This document shows positions 48,600 through 61,770 of a stretch of DNA of 64,000 bases, piece by piece. How positions within the stretch are numbered: the stretch's first letter is position 1; every line of letters starts with the position of its first letter. Position numbers and translations under genes: made by a program. This stretch comes from Glaucostegus cemiculus (lineage: Eukaryota): contig CDPCPM010000106.1 of NCBI GenBank assembly GCA_976551045.1, forward strand, positions 33,542,001-33,606,000, read 5' to 3'. The notes under the pieces are model-generated. The model had not been told where the DNA came from, did no database searches, and saw only the letters and a program-made list of their open reading frames with translations.

Positions 48600-49250
48600 A
48601 TTGAAGGAGGGCATTTGCCCTTCTGCCTTCTTTCACACTAGTCCCATGAATCCCATTTCCCCCTTAGTTACATAACCTATTCTCTCTCACATGGGCATCC
48701 ACACCATTCCGATACCAGCCACCTACACCAGGTGTTAACTTACAGTAACCAAGTAACTTGCCACCTTTGGGATGTAGAGGAAACTGGGGCACCCAGAGGA
48801 AAGCCACATGATCACAGGGAGAACGTACAAACTCTGCACAGTTGGCAGGGTTGAACATGGGTCGCCAAGATCTGAGGCAGGAGAAATACCTGTGCATCAT
48901 TGTGCTGCCCATAAGACTTATAAAGAATGTTGGAATCAGGATATCACTGGCAAGGCCAGCATTTATTTCCCATCCATAATTACTCTTGAACTGAGTGGCT
49001 TGCTGGTCTGTTCCAGTGAGCATCTAAGAATCAACCAGTCACAAATCGGCCAGAGCAGGTAAGGAAAGCAAATCGTCTCCCTTGATCAACAGCAGTGAAA
49101 CAAATGGGTCTTTACAACAAACTGTTTTTATTTTCTGTTATTTTCCAAGTTAATCCTTTCAACAGCTTCCAGAATGGGATTTGGACTCAGGTCTCACAAC
49201 TGTTTTTGCTGGCCTCTGGAATACCTGCCTGACTTCAATCCAGCTATACA
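48600..49250 (-). mobile_element. HE1-type V-SINE (~48600-48910) followed by SINE with L2/Crack tail (~48925-49250)
   Basis: GAGGAAACTGGGGCACCCAGAGGAAA; GGCAAGGCCAGCATTTATT..CTTGAACTGAGTGGCTTGCT. Confidence 0.75.
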
Positions 49251-49285
49251 TAAGCAACATAAGAGCAAAAGAGTTAGAGAGCTGT

Positions 49286-49299
49286 GTTGCCATGGGAAC
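49286..49299. promoter_or_regulatory. RFX X-box-like motif GTTGCCATGGGAAC
   Basis: One substitution from the palindromic consensus GTTGCCATGGCAAC. Confidence 0.45.
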
Positions 49300-50009
49300 G
49301 GTCAGTAGGGGTAGAGGTCATGTGATGGAGTGGGCCCATATAGGAAGGCCATGAGGCCATGACCCTAACCCTGAGGCTAAATCTAGAAGGAGTATTGCAT
49401 CAAATGGCTGCTCAAGCCTGCTCCACCTTTGCCTCATTGATGTTCCTGTCTGATTCCCATTTCCAATGTTACCCTTACTGTCCAGATCTGTACAGGTGCC
49501 TTGAACACATTCAGTGACAGACCATCCACAGCCCTTGGGCTGGAGAATTCCAAAGATTCACAACAATTGGTGTGGAACTTTTCAGTGAAACTATTTGTCC
49601 CCAGCCCCAATAAACACCAGAAAATCTTGATCAGAAACTCATGGTGCAAGCAGAGAGGAAGGAATTTTTAGAAGCATGACTTAAAGCGCAAGCCTTCTGA
49701 TTGTATTGTCAATCTCTAAAACTAACTCTGGCCTTCTGCTGAGAGTTTTTGCAGGAGATGGACTGCTTTGGTCTGCATTAAAATCTCTTTCACGCCAAAT
49801 AAGGCAATTGGTGACTCATTATGTTTTCCTGGGAGTCCAGAAGTCTAGAACAAGAGGATCAAACCAAAGAAAATGGTTTGATGGATCAAACCAAAATTTA
49901 ACATTTCATCATTCACTTTAAGCCTGAAAGTGTGAGCTGCAGGAAATTGAACAACATTGAGCAACCATCTCTAACATGACTACTTAACGCACCCACCCCA
50001 CCACTTACC

Positions 50010-50730
50010 TAATCCATTCCTTTCTCCCAGTTTCTGCACTCCACCACGTCAGCTCTGAAGATGAGGCCTTCTATTCCAGGACATCTTGACCTCACAATCT
50101 ACCTCATCGTGGCCCTTGCACCTTATTGTCTGCCTGCACTGCACTTTCTCTGTAACTGTAACACTATATTCTGCATTCTGTAATTGCTTTTCCCTTGCAC
50201 TACCTCAATGTACTTGTGTTTTGAAACGATCTGTATGGATGGCATGCAAATCTAAGTTTTTCACTGTTTCTCGGTACATGTGATAATAATAAACCAATTC
50301 CATTTCCAATTCCAACATCCCAAATGTCTTCTTTTATCCCTTCTACCATGTTTGATGGAGACGTCTCTATTGTTTCCTCCATTTCCCAGACTTAAGAGTC
50401 ATAGAGCAGTATAGCACAGATAGAGGCCCTTCAGCCCAACCAGTCCATGCTGACCACATTGTCCACCCAGCTAGTCCTAATTTCCTGCATTCGGCCTGTA
50501 TCCCTCCAAGCCCCGCCCCTCCATGTCCCTATCCAAGTGCTCCCTAAGTGATACTATTTTACCTGCCTCAATCACTTCCCTGCTCTCTCCCCCAAACGAC
50601 CTCCCTCCAAACAGAAAAACCCAATATGTCAACAATTCCTTTCCCTCCGCAGATGCTGCTCGACCCACTGAGTTCCTCCAGCTGTCTGTTTTTTGCTCCA
50701 GATTCCAGCATCCCACTCTCCTGCGTCTCC
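50010..50730 (+). mobile_element. Fragmented PLE with nested Rex1 tail (50086-50310, +) and CR1 tail (50395-50580, -)
   Basis: SIPFSQFL..SEDEAF.SRTS PLE motif; terminal repeat at ~50620-50730. Confidence 0.75.
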
Positions 50731-51064
50731 TCATTCTCATAATCCTTCGAGCTAATCAGAGTTGGGAGCTACTCACGCACATACATAGAGCTTTAATAAA
50801 AGATAAAAAGTTATTATCAAGCATTTAATGTCAAGCATATGTTACAATCACAACCCAAATCACATCTGCAATGTCTACATTTCAAAAAGTAATTTATTCC
50901 TGCTAAAACAGAAAAAAAATCATTCTCACATGGAATTGTTTCAAATCAGGGATAAGGAGAGGAATTCCAGAGCTTGGGGCTTTGGCAGCTGAAAGCACAA
51001 CACATGTGTGGAGAAATGGGAGGAGCACAGAAATCATGTGTGGTTATGGGGCTTCCGGAGGTGA

Positions 51065-51395
51065 ACGTAGAACACTACAGCACAGTACAGGCCCTTCAGC
51101 CCACAATGTTGTGCCGACATTTTATCCTGCTCTAAGATCTATCTAACCCGTCCCTCCCACATAGCCGCCTATTTTTCTATCATTCATGTGTCTATCTCAG
51201 AGTCTCTTAAATGTCCCTAATGTATCTGCCCCCACAACCTCTGCCGGCAGTGCATTCCATGCACCCACCACTCTCTCTGTAAAAAAACTTAACCCAGACA
51301 TCCCCCTTATACCTTCTTCTAATCACCGTAAAATTGTGTTAGCCATTGTCAAACTGGGAACTAGTCTCTGACTGTCCACTTGATCTATGCCTCTT
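51065..51395 (-). mobile_element. CR1 3' end
   Basis: TACAGCACAGTACAGGCCCTTCAGCCC..GCATTCCATGCACCCACCACTCTCT. Confidence 0.9.
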
Positions 51396-52482
51396 CCTGT
51401 CGATGACTGATAGGAATTTAAAATCAATGATGAGGATTTTATAATTAAAGCATTGTATAGACAGGATGTTATTTGCACCATCTGTGCAGATATACAGAAG
51501 GCATTTTGTATTGCATGTTAATTTGAAACTCATAACTAAATCACAGTATTTGATCGTGGCCAATGAAGCTAGATAGGATATTGTCCTGAATCTAGTACTG
51601 CCTTTCGATCCTTCTCCTGATTTGGGTGATCAAGTTAACATACCAACAAACTCTGTCGCTAAACCTGGAGCAGTTCATTCCCTAATCCTGTGTGTGAAGC
51701 ACTTATATGGCAATCTTCCTGACATATTCCATCAGAATATAATTTTTTTTTAATTGCTGGTGGTCGTGTAGCCACGGTAACCACAGCACTCCCTCAGCTG
51801 TCAGAAAGGTCACCAGCCATCTCTGGTTCCTGACAGTGAACACTTTCAGTGAGAAACTCAAAATGACCCTTCTAGATACCATGAATGGTAAATTCATTCT
51901 TTGCAGCCAATGATAATTTTAAACAATTTAAATTGAGTGCAGCAATGATGGCTTTCAGAACCTCATGATTTTCCACTCAATGTAGCTTCCCGTAATCCTT
52001 GAAGGAAAAATTATTCGGCAAGGTTTGGCTCTTTGCCTTCCTCTATGCTGCAGCTATTAAAGTAACCCTTTGCTTTCCTGATAGATCTTCTTGCATCCAT
52101 CACTTTTCTATTCTTTCTTGGTTTGGTGCCTTTCCCCTTGGTGTGATTGTTTCAGCTTTGGTCTGCTTCTGGCTGCTTAACTCCCAGAATTCCCAGAAGG
52201 AGGGGTCCCTGTGGGAAGCACAAGATCACCCTGGAAATGAAGAACAAGAGAAGCACAACCACCTCCGCTGGAACCCTACATCCAAGACCAGGAGGAAGCC
52301 ATTCAAACCCATTCAGTCTTTTAATAGGATTGCAGCAGATCTCTATCTTAATTCCATTTAACCAATATATATAAATAAGAGTGACACCACAGTGTAACAT
52401 ATGTGATCACACATGCATTGTTATGTCCACGAGCACAACCTGAGAAAACCTCGAAGAAACCATTCACACCTTCTAGGGTTTC

Positions 52483-53270
52483 ATAGAATATAGAACATTA
52501 CAGCACAGTACAGGCCCTTCGGTCCACGATGTTGTGCAGACCTTTTAACCTAAACTAAGATCAATCTAACCATTCTCTCCTGCATAGCTCTCCATTTTTG
52601 TATCATCCATGTGCTGATCTAAGAGTCTCTTAAATGTCCCTAATGTATCTACCTCCACCAGCACCCCAGCAGCGCATTCCATGCACCCACCACTCTCTGT
52701 GTAAAAACTTCTCTCTGATATTCCACCCCCCCAACTGTACTTCCCTCCAGTCACCTTAAAACTATGCCCCCTCGTGTTACCCATTTCTGCTCTGGGAAAA
52801 GGTCTCTGGCTGTCCACTCAATCTATGCCTCATCATCTTGTATACTTCTATCAGGTCACCTCTCATCCTCCTTCATTCCAAAGAGAAAAGCCCTCACTTG
52901 CTCAACGTATCCTTATAAGACATACTCTCCAATCCAGGCAGCATCCTAGTAAGTCTTCCCTGCACCCTCTCTAAAGCTTCCACATCCTTCCTATAGTGAG
53001 GTAATCAGAACTGAACACAGTATTCTAAGTGTGGTCTAACCATTACCTGCAACATTACCTGGCGGCTCTTGAACTCAATACCCCGACTAATGAAGGCCAA
53101 AGTGCCATACGCCTTCTTAACAACCTTAACAAACTGCGCAGCAACTTTGAGGTATCTATGAACTTGGGCCCACCCCAAGACCCTCTGTTCCTCCACACTG
53201 CTAAGAATCCTGCCATTAACCCTGTATTCTGCCTTCAAATTCGACCTCCCAAAGTGAATCATTTCACACT
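52483..53270 (-). mobile_element. CR1 3' fragment
   Basis: KCEMIHFGRSN..VVKKAYGTLAFISRGIEFKS..VRPHLEYCVQF. Confidence 0.93.
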
Positions 53271-53602
53271 TTTTGCTGCATTCTAGCATGCTGCTCTACA
53301 CACATACCATACTTGACACTTGGAGCGCAGGCCACTTACTCTAATTCTGTTTCCTTTGATATTCTTGCTGAACAAGAATCCATCAGTTTCTGCTCCTGAA
53401 CCACAACACACTTCAGTAGGAAGAGCCATCCAGAGTCTCGCTATCCCTTGCCAATAGAAAAGTCCACTAGCATCACTTCTGAGCAGCAGATTCTGATTAT
53501 AATCTTGTGGATTTCCTGAGAAGTAAAGATTGTTTCTCTTGGTCTAGCTCATTTTGGACAGTTTGTTATTTGGAAAACTAAGATTGTATTGGCATTATAA
53601 TA

Positions 53603-53803
53603 CACGGTAGTGCAGCAGTTAGCGTAACACTATTACAGCGCCAACGACCCAGGCTCAAATCCGGCCACTGTCTGTAAGGAGTTTGTATGTTCTTCCTGTG
53701 TCTGCGTGGATTTCCTCAGGAATTCCTCCCACTTTCCAAAATAAAAGACGTACGGGTTAGGAAGGTGTGGGCATGCTATGTTGGCGCCGGAAGCGTGGCG
53801 ACA
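53603..53803 (+). mobile_element. V-SINE, 3'-truncated
   Basis: CACGGTAGTGCAGCAGTTAGCG head, TGTCTGTAAGGAGTTTGTATGTTC; ends at GCGTGGCGACA. Confidence 0.85.
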
Positions 53804-54172
53804 TAGGTGAATCCACGCGAGGAGAGGTGATTGGAAGATGGAGTCAGGTGGAGGAGGGAAGGGTGGAGGTAGCAACAGAGGCTGGGAGGTGATAGGTGGA
53901 GGCAACAGCGGACTGCAGATGATGGAGTCTGATAGGAGAGGAAGGTGGAGCATGGAACCAAAGAAGGGACATGGGGTGGGCAAATGGGACCAGTGGGAGG
54001 AGGGGGGCCAGTGGGAGGAATGTGTGGGCGATGGGCAGATGGAGTGGCTGGAGGATGGGAAAGAAAAATCAGGTGAGGGGTCCTGGGGTGGGGGTGGGTT
54101 TTGTGTAGGAGGACATGGGTAGATCAGAAGGAGAGGAAAAGGGACAGAGGGAGAGACCTGAAATTGGAGAAT
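53803..54172 (-). mobile_element. PLE 3' region lacking the terminal hammerhead repeat
   Basis: Reverse-complement similarity to 29850-30100 (GGTGATAGGTGGAGGC..TCTGATAGGAGAGG). Confidence 0.7.
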
Positions 54173-56602
54173 ATGGCTCGCTTAGCTCAAGGAAATAGCA
54201 AGTAAACAAGGTTTAGGTAGTGACTCAAAATTTGCTGGTAAAATTTTGTCAGCACACCTACAGGGAGCCACTTCCTTAACTGTTCAGGCCTGTTCATCTT
54301 TTGTGGGCTGATTGGCAACAAATACATTGAAGAAACCATGGGAATCCTCATCAACAAAGCTCAGGTGAGCATAGATCCTTGATATGGGGAGGTGGGGGAA
54401 ATGTCAGAACAGTTCCACCTGCAGAAATGTTGAGATCAAGCTGCTTAGCCTGCTGTCAAAAGAGTCATAGTGTCATGATTCTGAGTGCTGGCCCTTGATT
54501 TGGTTCCTTGGATGCCTTGTTGTACAGCACATGGATTCCATGCTGGACTGATTGCACAATGACACACAGCTGAGCCCCATCAGGGGCCTAGCATAAGTAC
54601 CTGGGTTTCTCTAGCACTAGTTGCCAGAGTATTGGTCAACCTTTGGCTCCTTGCTGCTTAGTGTGGTCTACTCCAGAGCAGTCCTGTGTTCTCTAGTCCT
54701 GCTTGAAGATTCAGTTTGTGTTGGGATTATTACTCAGATCTCTGAGGCAAAATTTCCTTCCAGTGTTGCCTGTGTCCTGACCTGAGGAAGTATCCTGACT
54801 CCAGTCTTGTACCAGTGTGCTGCATTTGGGTTCTCTGTGAGTTTGCTCTTCAATCAACATTGAGACACATAAATCTTTCTAAATGCCCCCAAGATTTAAA
54901 AAGTTATTGGAAAATTACTTGAACTGCTGAAATAGTAAATTTCTACTGTATACAGAATTAAAGATGCTTAAAACATTTTGACACATTTATGTAAACTCAA
55001 TTTGTGTTAAAAAATATAAATTACCATTTACTTATCAAGATCCCTGCACTACACTGGGTTGAAGAACTGCCAGTTTACCCAGGGCAGTGTAGGCAAAGCC
55101 TCAGCAAAGTCCTATTAGGAAATGTGGGGCTTTGCTATTCATACCAGAGTTTTGAAATTCCTAACACCTACAGGGAGAAATTCCAACAGTTCCTTTCAGA
55201 ACAGGAGCTTCTCTCAAGAAATTCCACTGTAAACACATTAGAATTGTATTCAAAGGGCTGATCTGAAGGCATTAAAAACTGTTAACTATAGTGTTAGAAT
55301 TTAAAAGGTCATATTTTAAAACCAAATTACATCCCAAAAATTAAAATTCTGCTATCATGAGTCATGGTTGCATTTTCAAAGATGACATTTGTCAATCAGA
55401 AACAGATAATAATGTAATGTGAAGCATTCTGAAGAACCTCCATTCAAAATGCACATAATGAAATGTGACAAGATTGTTCCTTGGATTTTAACATTTCTTA
55501 AAAAGGTTAAAGAGATCTTATCTCATTTTGAAATACAGCAAAAAGAACAAAACAATTCCTGAGATTTTAAATACATTTTAACTGACCTTCAACGGGAATA
55601 ATTTAACCTTTCAATGAATAACCTTCATTGTTTGAAACTATAGAAAAGTAGTGTAGAAGGCAGAGCAATATTATGACATCCAATTAGTATATTTGCATAA
55701 ATATGCAGATTATGTGCTAGATAAAATAAAACTGGGTGGTTTGTCAAAATCAGTAAGAAATTATTCACTGCCATAAACGTCAGGTTAGATTGATAAATAT
55801 GTTCACATACATTATATCCTTCAGATGGTAATTCTATCAGATGCTTTTAATAGGAAAGTAAAGACATGAATAATCATATACGTAGCAATGTGGGACATTA
55901 GGTCAATGTTTGATTGAGCACATTATGCAAAAAAGATCCTATGTCTTTCTTAAGGCAGATAAAAACATTTGGTAGAAGAATTAGCTTCTTCTATAAATAT
56001 TAATTCCTTCCTCTTTCCAAACAACAATGCTCACTTGTTACTTTGAATTAAAAGAAAACATTTTATTCAAAACCTGCTTAAGAACATGAAATACAAATCA
56101 AAGGCTTAGAGTGAATAATGTTTTGATATAACACCTCTGTGGTAATTTTTATCATTGTGCTTTGACTGCAGTCTGTGTGGCATCGGGGTTAGGTTGTCAT
56201 TTCAAAGGAAGAGCCTGACTTTTTATGCATTTGTTTAAAAGTGACCCATTTGAACTTTGGCATTTTGAGCTTTTGGATGGGAATATTGCTTGGAGTGAAC
56301 TTGGCTCAGTGGTAACATTCATGCCTCAACAAATAACAAGCCAACATAATGGAGACTCCAAGTCAGAGCAATTTGTGGTGAAGAATTGTGGTGATGTGAC
56401 CGTTTGACATTTTGAGTACTCTGTCCAGTTCTAGCCACTGAAGCCACAAGGGAAACACTGCACTCGTATAGCGGGGGACAGAGAGGTGATGTGGGTCATT
56501 AATCTCACTTACAAAGAAAGGTTATGCTAGTGCTTTTTCACCTTGACATGAGCTGTCAAAATAGTTTTTTCTACTTATTTGTTCACAGGGCCTAGATGTC
56601 AT

Positions 56603-57900
56603 GGAGTCATAGAGAGATACAGCACAGAAACAGGCCCTTTGGCCCACTGAGATACTGACCACCAACCAACCATTCACATAAATCCTACATTAATCCCACT
56701 TTTATTCTCCACACATTCTCATTAATTCCCCCCAGATTCTACCACTCAGCTATGCACTAGGGACAGGTCACAGTGTCCATTAACCTACCAAACTGCAGAG
56801 CTTTGGAATGTGAGAGAAAACAGGAGCACCTGAAGGAAACCCACACAGTCACAGGGACTCCACACAGACTGCAGCTGAGGTCGGGATGAACACGGGTCAC
56901 TGGAGCTGTGAGGTAGCAGCCCCATTAGGAAGGTCACTGGCATTCATTGCCCTTGCTCTTCCAGCAGGCAGTTACAAATCATCCACATTGATAGGTCTGG
57001 AACCACAGAGAGACCAGGCGGGATAAGGATGGTGGATTTCTTCCCCTGATTGAAACAGGGTTTTATGACAATCCAGTAACTTCATAGTCAGCATTATTTA
57101 AACTAGCTTTTTATTTCAGATTTTATTAAATTACTTGGAAATTAATTTGTCAACTGCTGGACTGGGGTTCCAGCTTGCAGTCTGCTTCAATTGTCCACAC
57201 TTAACCACAATGAACAATAAGAAAGGCATGTAGATATTTTCACAGCCTTGCAATGTCTTGAAACACCTTACATCCAAATAAATAACTTTTGGAGTCCTGA
57301 CTCTGAGTTGGTGTAGAAAATGCACCTGCTAATTTGGACCCAGCAAGATCCCACAAAAAGCAATATGGAAATGACCAGATAACTTATTTGTGGTTGGTCA
57401 ATGTTCTGCCCAGAACTTCAGTGATAACTCCCCTGCACTGCTTCAAGATACTTGCATCCATCTGATCAGGCAGATAAGATCTTACTGGAGATACAGAGCT
57501 TGAAGTCTCACACCACCGGGTTCCAGGAAGAGCTATTTCCCTTCAACCATTCAGTTCTTGAACCAACCAGCACAACCCTAATCACTGCAGGTTAACAACA
57601 CTATGACCACTTTGATTACTTTGCACTAACATAGACTTTTTTTGTTCTAATTATGTTCTTTCTTGTAAAAATTTGTGTATAATTTATGTATAATGTATGT
57701 TTTTCTTGTGACTGCTGCTTATATGATGTTATGTGCCTGTGATGCTGCTGCACATATGATTTTCACTGCACCTGTGCATACATGTGCTTGTGTGTATGAC
57801 AATAAATTTGACTTTGACTTTAACGTGTAATCCAGAAGACACATCCCTGACAGTGCAGCACACCTTCTGTACAGTGTTGGACTGTCAGCCTAGATTTTTA
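56603..57900 (-). mobile_element. SINE cluster: HE1 V-SINE (56603-56930), Crack-tail SINE (56935-57215), Deu-type SINE (57220-57900) with nested Rex1 tail (57487-57820, +)
   Basis: Diagnostic motifs shared with other copies in this window. Confidence 0.75.
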
Positions 57901-58059
57901 GAAAGATAACAGCTAAAAGTGAAAAGCAAACATCAGCTAAATTGATGGAGAAGGATAGGGGAACATAGGTCAACCTATTTAAACAAGTCAGTACATGGAA
58001 GTGATGAACAACACTCAAGAGGGAGCAGAGGAGACTTCTGGGGATTTTGCAAGACCAAG

Positions 58060-58935
58060 AATTTTATTTATGAGGCAAAACTGCCCAGACTGGGCTTGAT
58101 TCCTTCAGGCAAAAAAATTACTGAAGAGAAATTTAATCCATGATTTTATGCAAGCAGCTAGACACACTGAACAGGTAATTGCATCAGCAGAGAGATGCAT
58201 AACCATGTGTCAAAGAGTTAACATAATTGGTGGTTGGATTGGAGGGGGAATTGAAGAAATAAATGAACCCAAAGAGACGCGAGAGCTTGAACCCACTGCC
58301 TGAAAGGTGGTGGATGCAGAAATCCTTACCACATTTCAGTGGTACCTGGATTTGCACCTGTAGATCCATGACCTACAAGGAACAAGGCTGAGAAGTATTT
58401 TGGTTGAGAAGTATTTCAGTTTTGGTCTCCCTGAAATAGAAAAGATATTACTAAACTGGAAATAGTGCAGAAAAGATTTGCAAGGATGTTGCCAGAACTC
58501 AAGAGACGGTTATAGAGAGAGATTGGACAGGCTATGACATTTTTGCAGTGTAGGAGACTGAAGGTTGATCTAATAGAGGTGCATAAAATCATGAGGGGCA
58601 TAGACAGGGTGAATCCATTCAGTCCTATTCCCAGGACTGGGGAATCAAGAACTAGAGGGCATAGGTTTAAGATTAGAGGGGAAAGATTTAATACGAACTT
58701 CAGGGGCGACTTTTTTACTCAGAGGGTGGTATGTGTGTGCAATCAGCTGCCAGAGGAAGTGGCTGAGGCAGGTACAATAACAACTTTTAAAAGACATGTG
58801 GATAGGTACATAGGTAGAAAAGGTTTAGAAGGTTAAGGGCCAATTTCAGGCAAATTGGACTAGCTTAGGTGGGTATCTTGATCAGATTAGTCTAGTTGGG
58901 CTGAATGGCCTATTTCTGTGCTGCATAACTCTATA
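58060..58935 (+). mobile_element. Two tandem CR1 3' fragments
   Basis: RRLKVDLIEVHKIMRGIDRV..TRGHRFKIRGERF..FFTQRVV; junction duplication TGAGAAGTATTT. Confidence 0.88.
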
Positions 58936-59164
58936 ATTGGGATTAGTATTAGTTTATTATTGTCACTTGTACCAAGTTACAGTGAAAAGCTTGTCTTACA
59001 AACTGATTGTACAGGTCAATTCATTACACAGTGCAGTTACATTGAGTTAGTACAAAGTGCATTAATGTAGTACAGGTAAAAACAGTAACAGTACAGAGTA
59101 AAGTGTCGCAGCTAAAGTAGGGTCATGCAAATAGTTGCTTCTATGCTGTAGATTTCTACAATCA

Positions 59165-59463
59165 GGTAAGACAAGACAAGATAAGATGAGATACCTTCAT
59201 CAGTCACATGTACATCAAAACACAAAGTGAAATGCATCTTTTGCGTAGACTATTCTGGGGGCAGCCCGCAAATGTCGCCACACTTCCGATGCCAACATAG
59301 CATGCCCACAACTTCCTAACCCGTACGTCTTAGGAATGTGGGAGGAAACTGGAGCACCTGGAGACACAGGGAGAAGGTACAAACTCCTTACAGACAGCGG
59401 CTGGATTTGAACCTGGGTTGTTGGCACTGCAATAGTGTTACACTAACTGCTAAACTACCATGC
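59165..59463 (-). mobile_element. V-SINE, Rex1-like tail
   Basis: Close to 34313-34608; (ATAAG)n tail. Confidence 0.9.
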
Positions 59464-60189
59464 CTGCTCTCCATATTATCTGATTGCAAATTTTTACATA
59501 GAACCTTACTGCTGCTGACAGAACTCGCTGCTGTAGAACATGCTGACAACACTTATGTGTCATTTCATTTTAGTTCTGGATCCCTAAATCCATATAGTAC
59601 AAAGTATTCCAAGAAGCCATCCAGATCAGAAGAAAATTCTTGCCCAATAAGCTGAACAACTTTGAAGTATACTTTGGTGCCTGTCGTATACGTGGTTATA
59701 TAAGTGAGTGTAGCTTTAAGAACTGATTGGTGTAACTTTTGATACATTATTGTACCAGACACTACTGTTGATCGAGAGTCTGCACCTCCTCTAAAGAATG
59801 TTCTTTGTGTTTATTTGTTTCTCAGAGCAGCAAGAGTGAAGAGCTTATATTGGTAAAGATGATGGGATTTTGTTTATAGACATAGCAGCCCAGTGATCCA
59901 GTGCAAGGGCAAATCCAGTCTCATGCAGTTCATCGATGTGTTTGATCTACCCCTGCTAGAAGACTTCAACATTTCCAAATCTCCACATCTGTCAAATATA
60001 ATCTCGCTAACACCACCCAATAACTTCTGACTTTGCAGGAAAACTTTGAATTGAGATTCACTCAAAAATCTGGCACTGACTTGACAGTTCATTTCTCTAT
60101 TCAGAAGTATTTCACTTTGGATCAACACTACATGGCCTTTGCTTCCCCCAGTCCAGGTGTACTCAGTATCTCAATCAGTGGAAATTGGT

Positions 60190-60430
60190 CCCTGGGTGTG
60201 AAAGCTTGGGGCTCATCAAAATTCAAGGACTTGGGTACAATATTCAGTGGGGAGAGAGTTCCACAGTGTCAGAGGGCCTGTCTTTTGGAGGTGTTTCTCA
60301 CATAGATATGAAAAACCCATGGTGCTATTACAAAGGAGCATGGGAAGTGTTGGCCAATATTTATAATAACATTAGTAAAAAAAAATCATCTATTTTGTAT
60401 CACACTTTGTAGGAGCTTCTGTGTGCAAAT
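60190..60430 (+). mobile_element. Deu-type SINE remnant
   Basis: TGTCAGAGGGCCTGTCTTTTGGA..ATGAAAAACCCATGG..TGGCCAATATTTAT. Confidence 0.5.
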
Positions 60431-61034
60431 TTCTAAATGAATGCAAATCATTTTAAGGCAAAGGTATCTCTGGATTACAAGCCCTGTCAACTACCAACAG
60501 GATGTGGGGAGAGAGGTGAAATGTCTGCACCAGCTCTATCTCACAATGTAGGGCACCGTAATCCCTGCTAGGCTGATGAGCTTCTTATAGCAAAGTCACT
60601 TGTGATGAGAGAGCCTTAAGGGCTCTAATTAATTTAGCTTTTGGACAGATATAATTCAGACTGCAGACGAGTAGGTGAACCGAGATGTACACACGATATA
60701 CCACCTGTGTCTCCCATCTGACACAATGGCCTGAAGCGAATCACATTGTTTCCAACCACACTGAGGAAGACTGCGGAATCCTAATAGTTTGTTTTGCAAT
60801 GACAATTAAGCTTGATTGCTCACTAAATTACAGCTCATAACCAATTTTTTTTGTTCATTTAATGATATAGGCTGATGCTGTGTGAATCCTAATCAGCTAA
60901 GTATTCACGTAAACACTTGTGGTAACACTGACTCCAGAGAAAGAGTAAAAGGCACTTCCTCAGGGAATGATTGGAACAAAGTTTTCCATAAAGTGAGCAT
61001 GATATTAGCTTATCCTGGATGCTCATTCCAGAAG

Positions 61035-61770
61035 GAACATAGAAACATACAACAGCACAGCACAGGAACAGGCTCTCCAGCCCATGATATCTGTGCCAAA
61101 TTTGATGCCAAATTAAACAAAATCCATCTGCCTGCACATGGTCAATATCCCTCCTTTCCCTGCTTTCATGTGCCTGTCTAAATGCCTCTTAAACACCACT
61201 ATTATGTCTGCTTCTACCACCATCAGTGTGTTCCAGGCATGTATCACGCTCTGTGTATAAAACTTATATTGTACATCTCCTTTAAACTTTCAACCCTTTC
61301 ATCTTAAAGCTATGTCCTCTCGTATTTGATAGTTCTACCGTGGGAAAAGGGCTCTGACAGTCTACCCTATCTATGTCTCTCATAATTTTATAAGTCTCTG
61401 TCAGGTCTCCCCTCAGCCTCCAACACTCCAGAGAACATGTTATATCATCCTAGTATAAGTTCCCTCATGATTACATTACCTCGTGATGGGTTTGTGTAGG
61501 GAAACTAGAGAGAATTTGTTTCCATTGACAGATGTTTCCCGGAATAGGGAACACAGATTCAGAGCAATGGATAAAGACAAGGGATGGGAGGGGGGGTGGT
61601 TGTGAGGGAACTAATTTTTGCACAGAAGTTGGTTGTGATCTAGAACTCACTTCAACTAGAGTTGTTGGGAATAGAATCAAAATAGATAGGTATTTCAAAG
61701 AAATAATTTGCGGAGTTCTGGGGAAAGAGTGGCAAAGTGGAATTGCTGTATCAGTTCTATGGCCCTAATC
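61035..61770. mobile_element. CR1 3' end (-, 61035-61435) and older CR1 fragment (+, ~61480-61770)
   Basis: CAGCACAGGAACAGGC tail; TCAGGTCTCCCCTCAGCCTC. Confidence 0.75.

Noticed and set aside
51999-52361. 120-aa ORF with a hydrophobic stretch
   Set aside because: Non-ATG start, hydrophobicity comes from T-rich DNA, and it runs into a CR1-like tail
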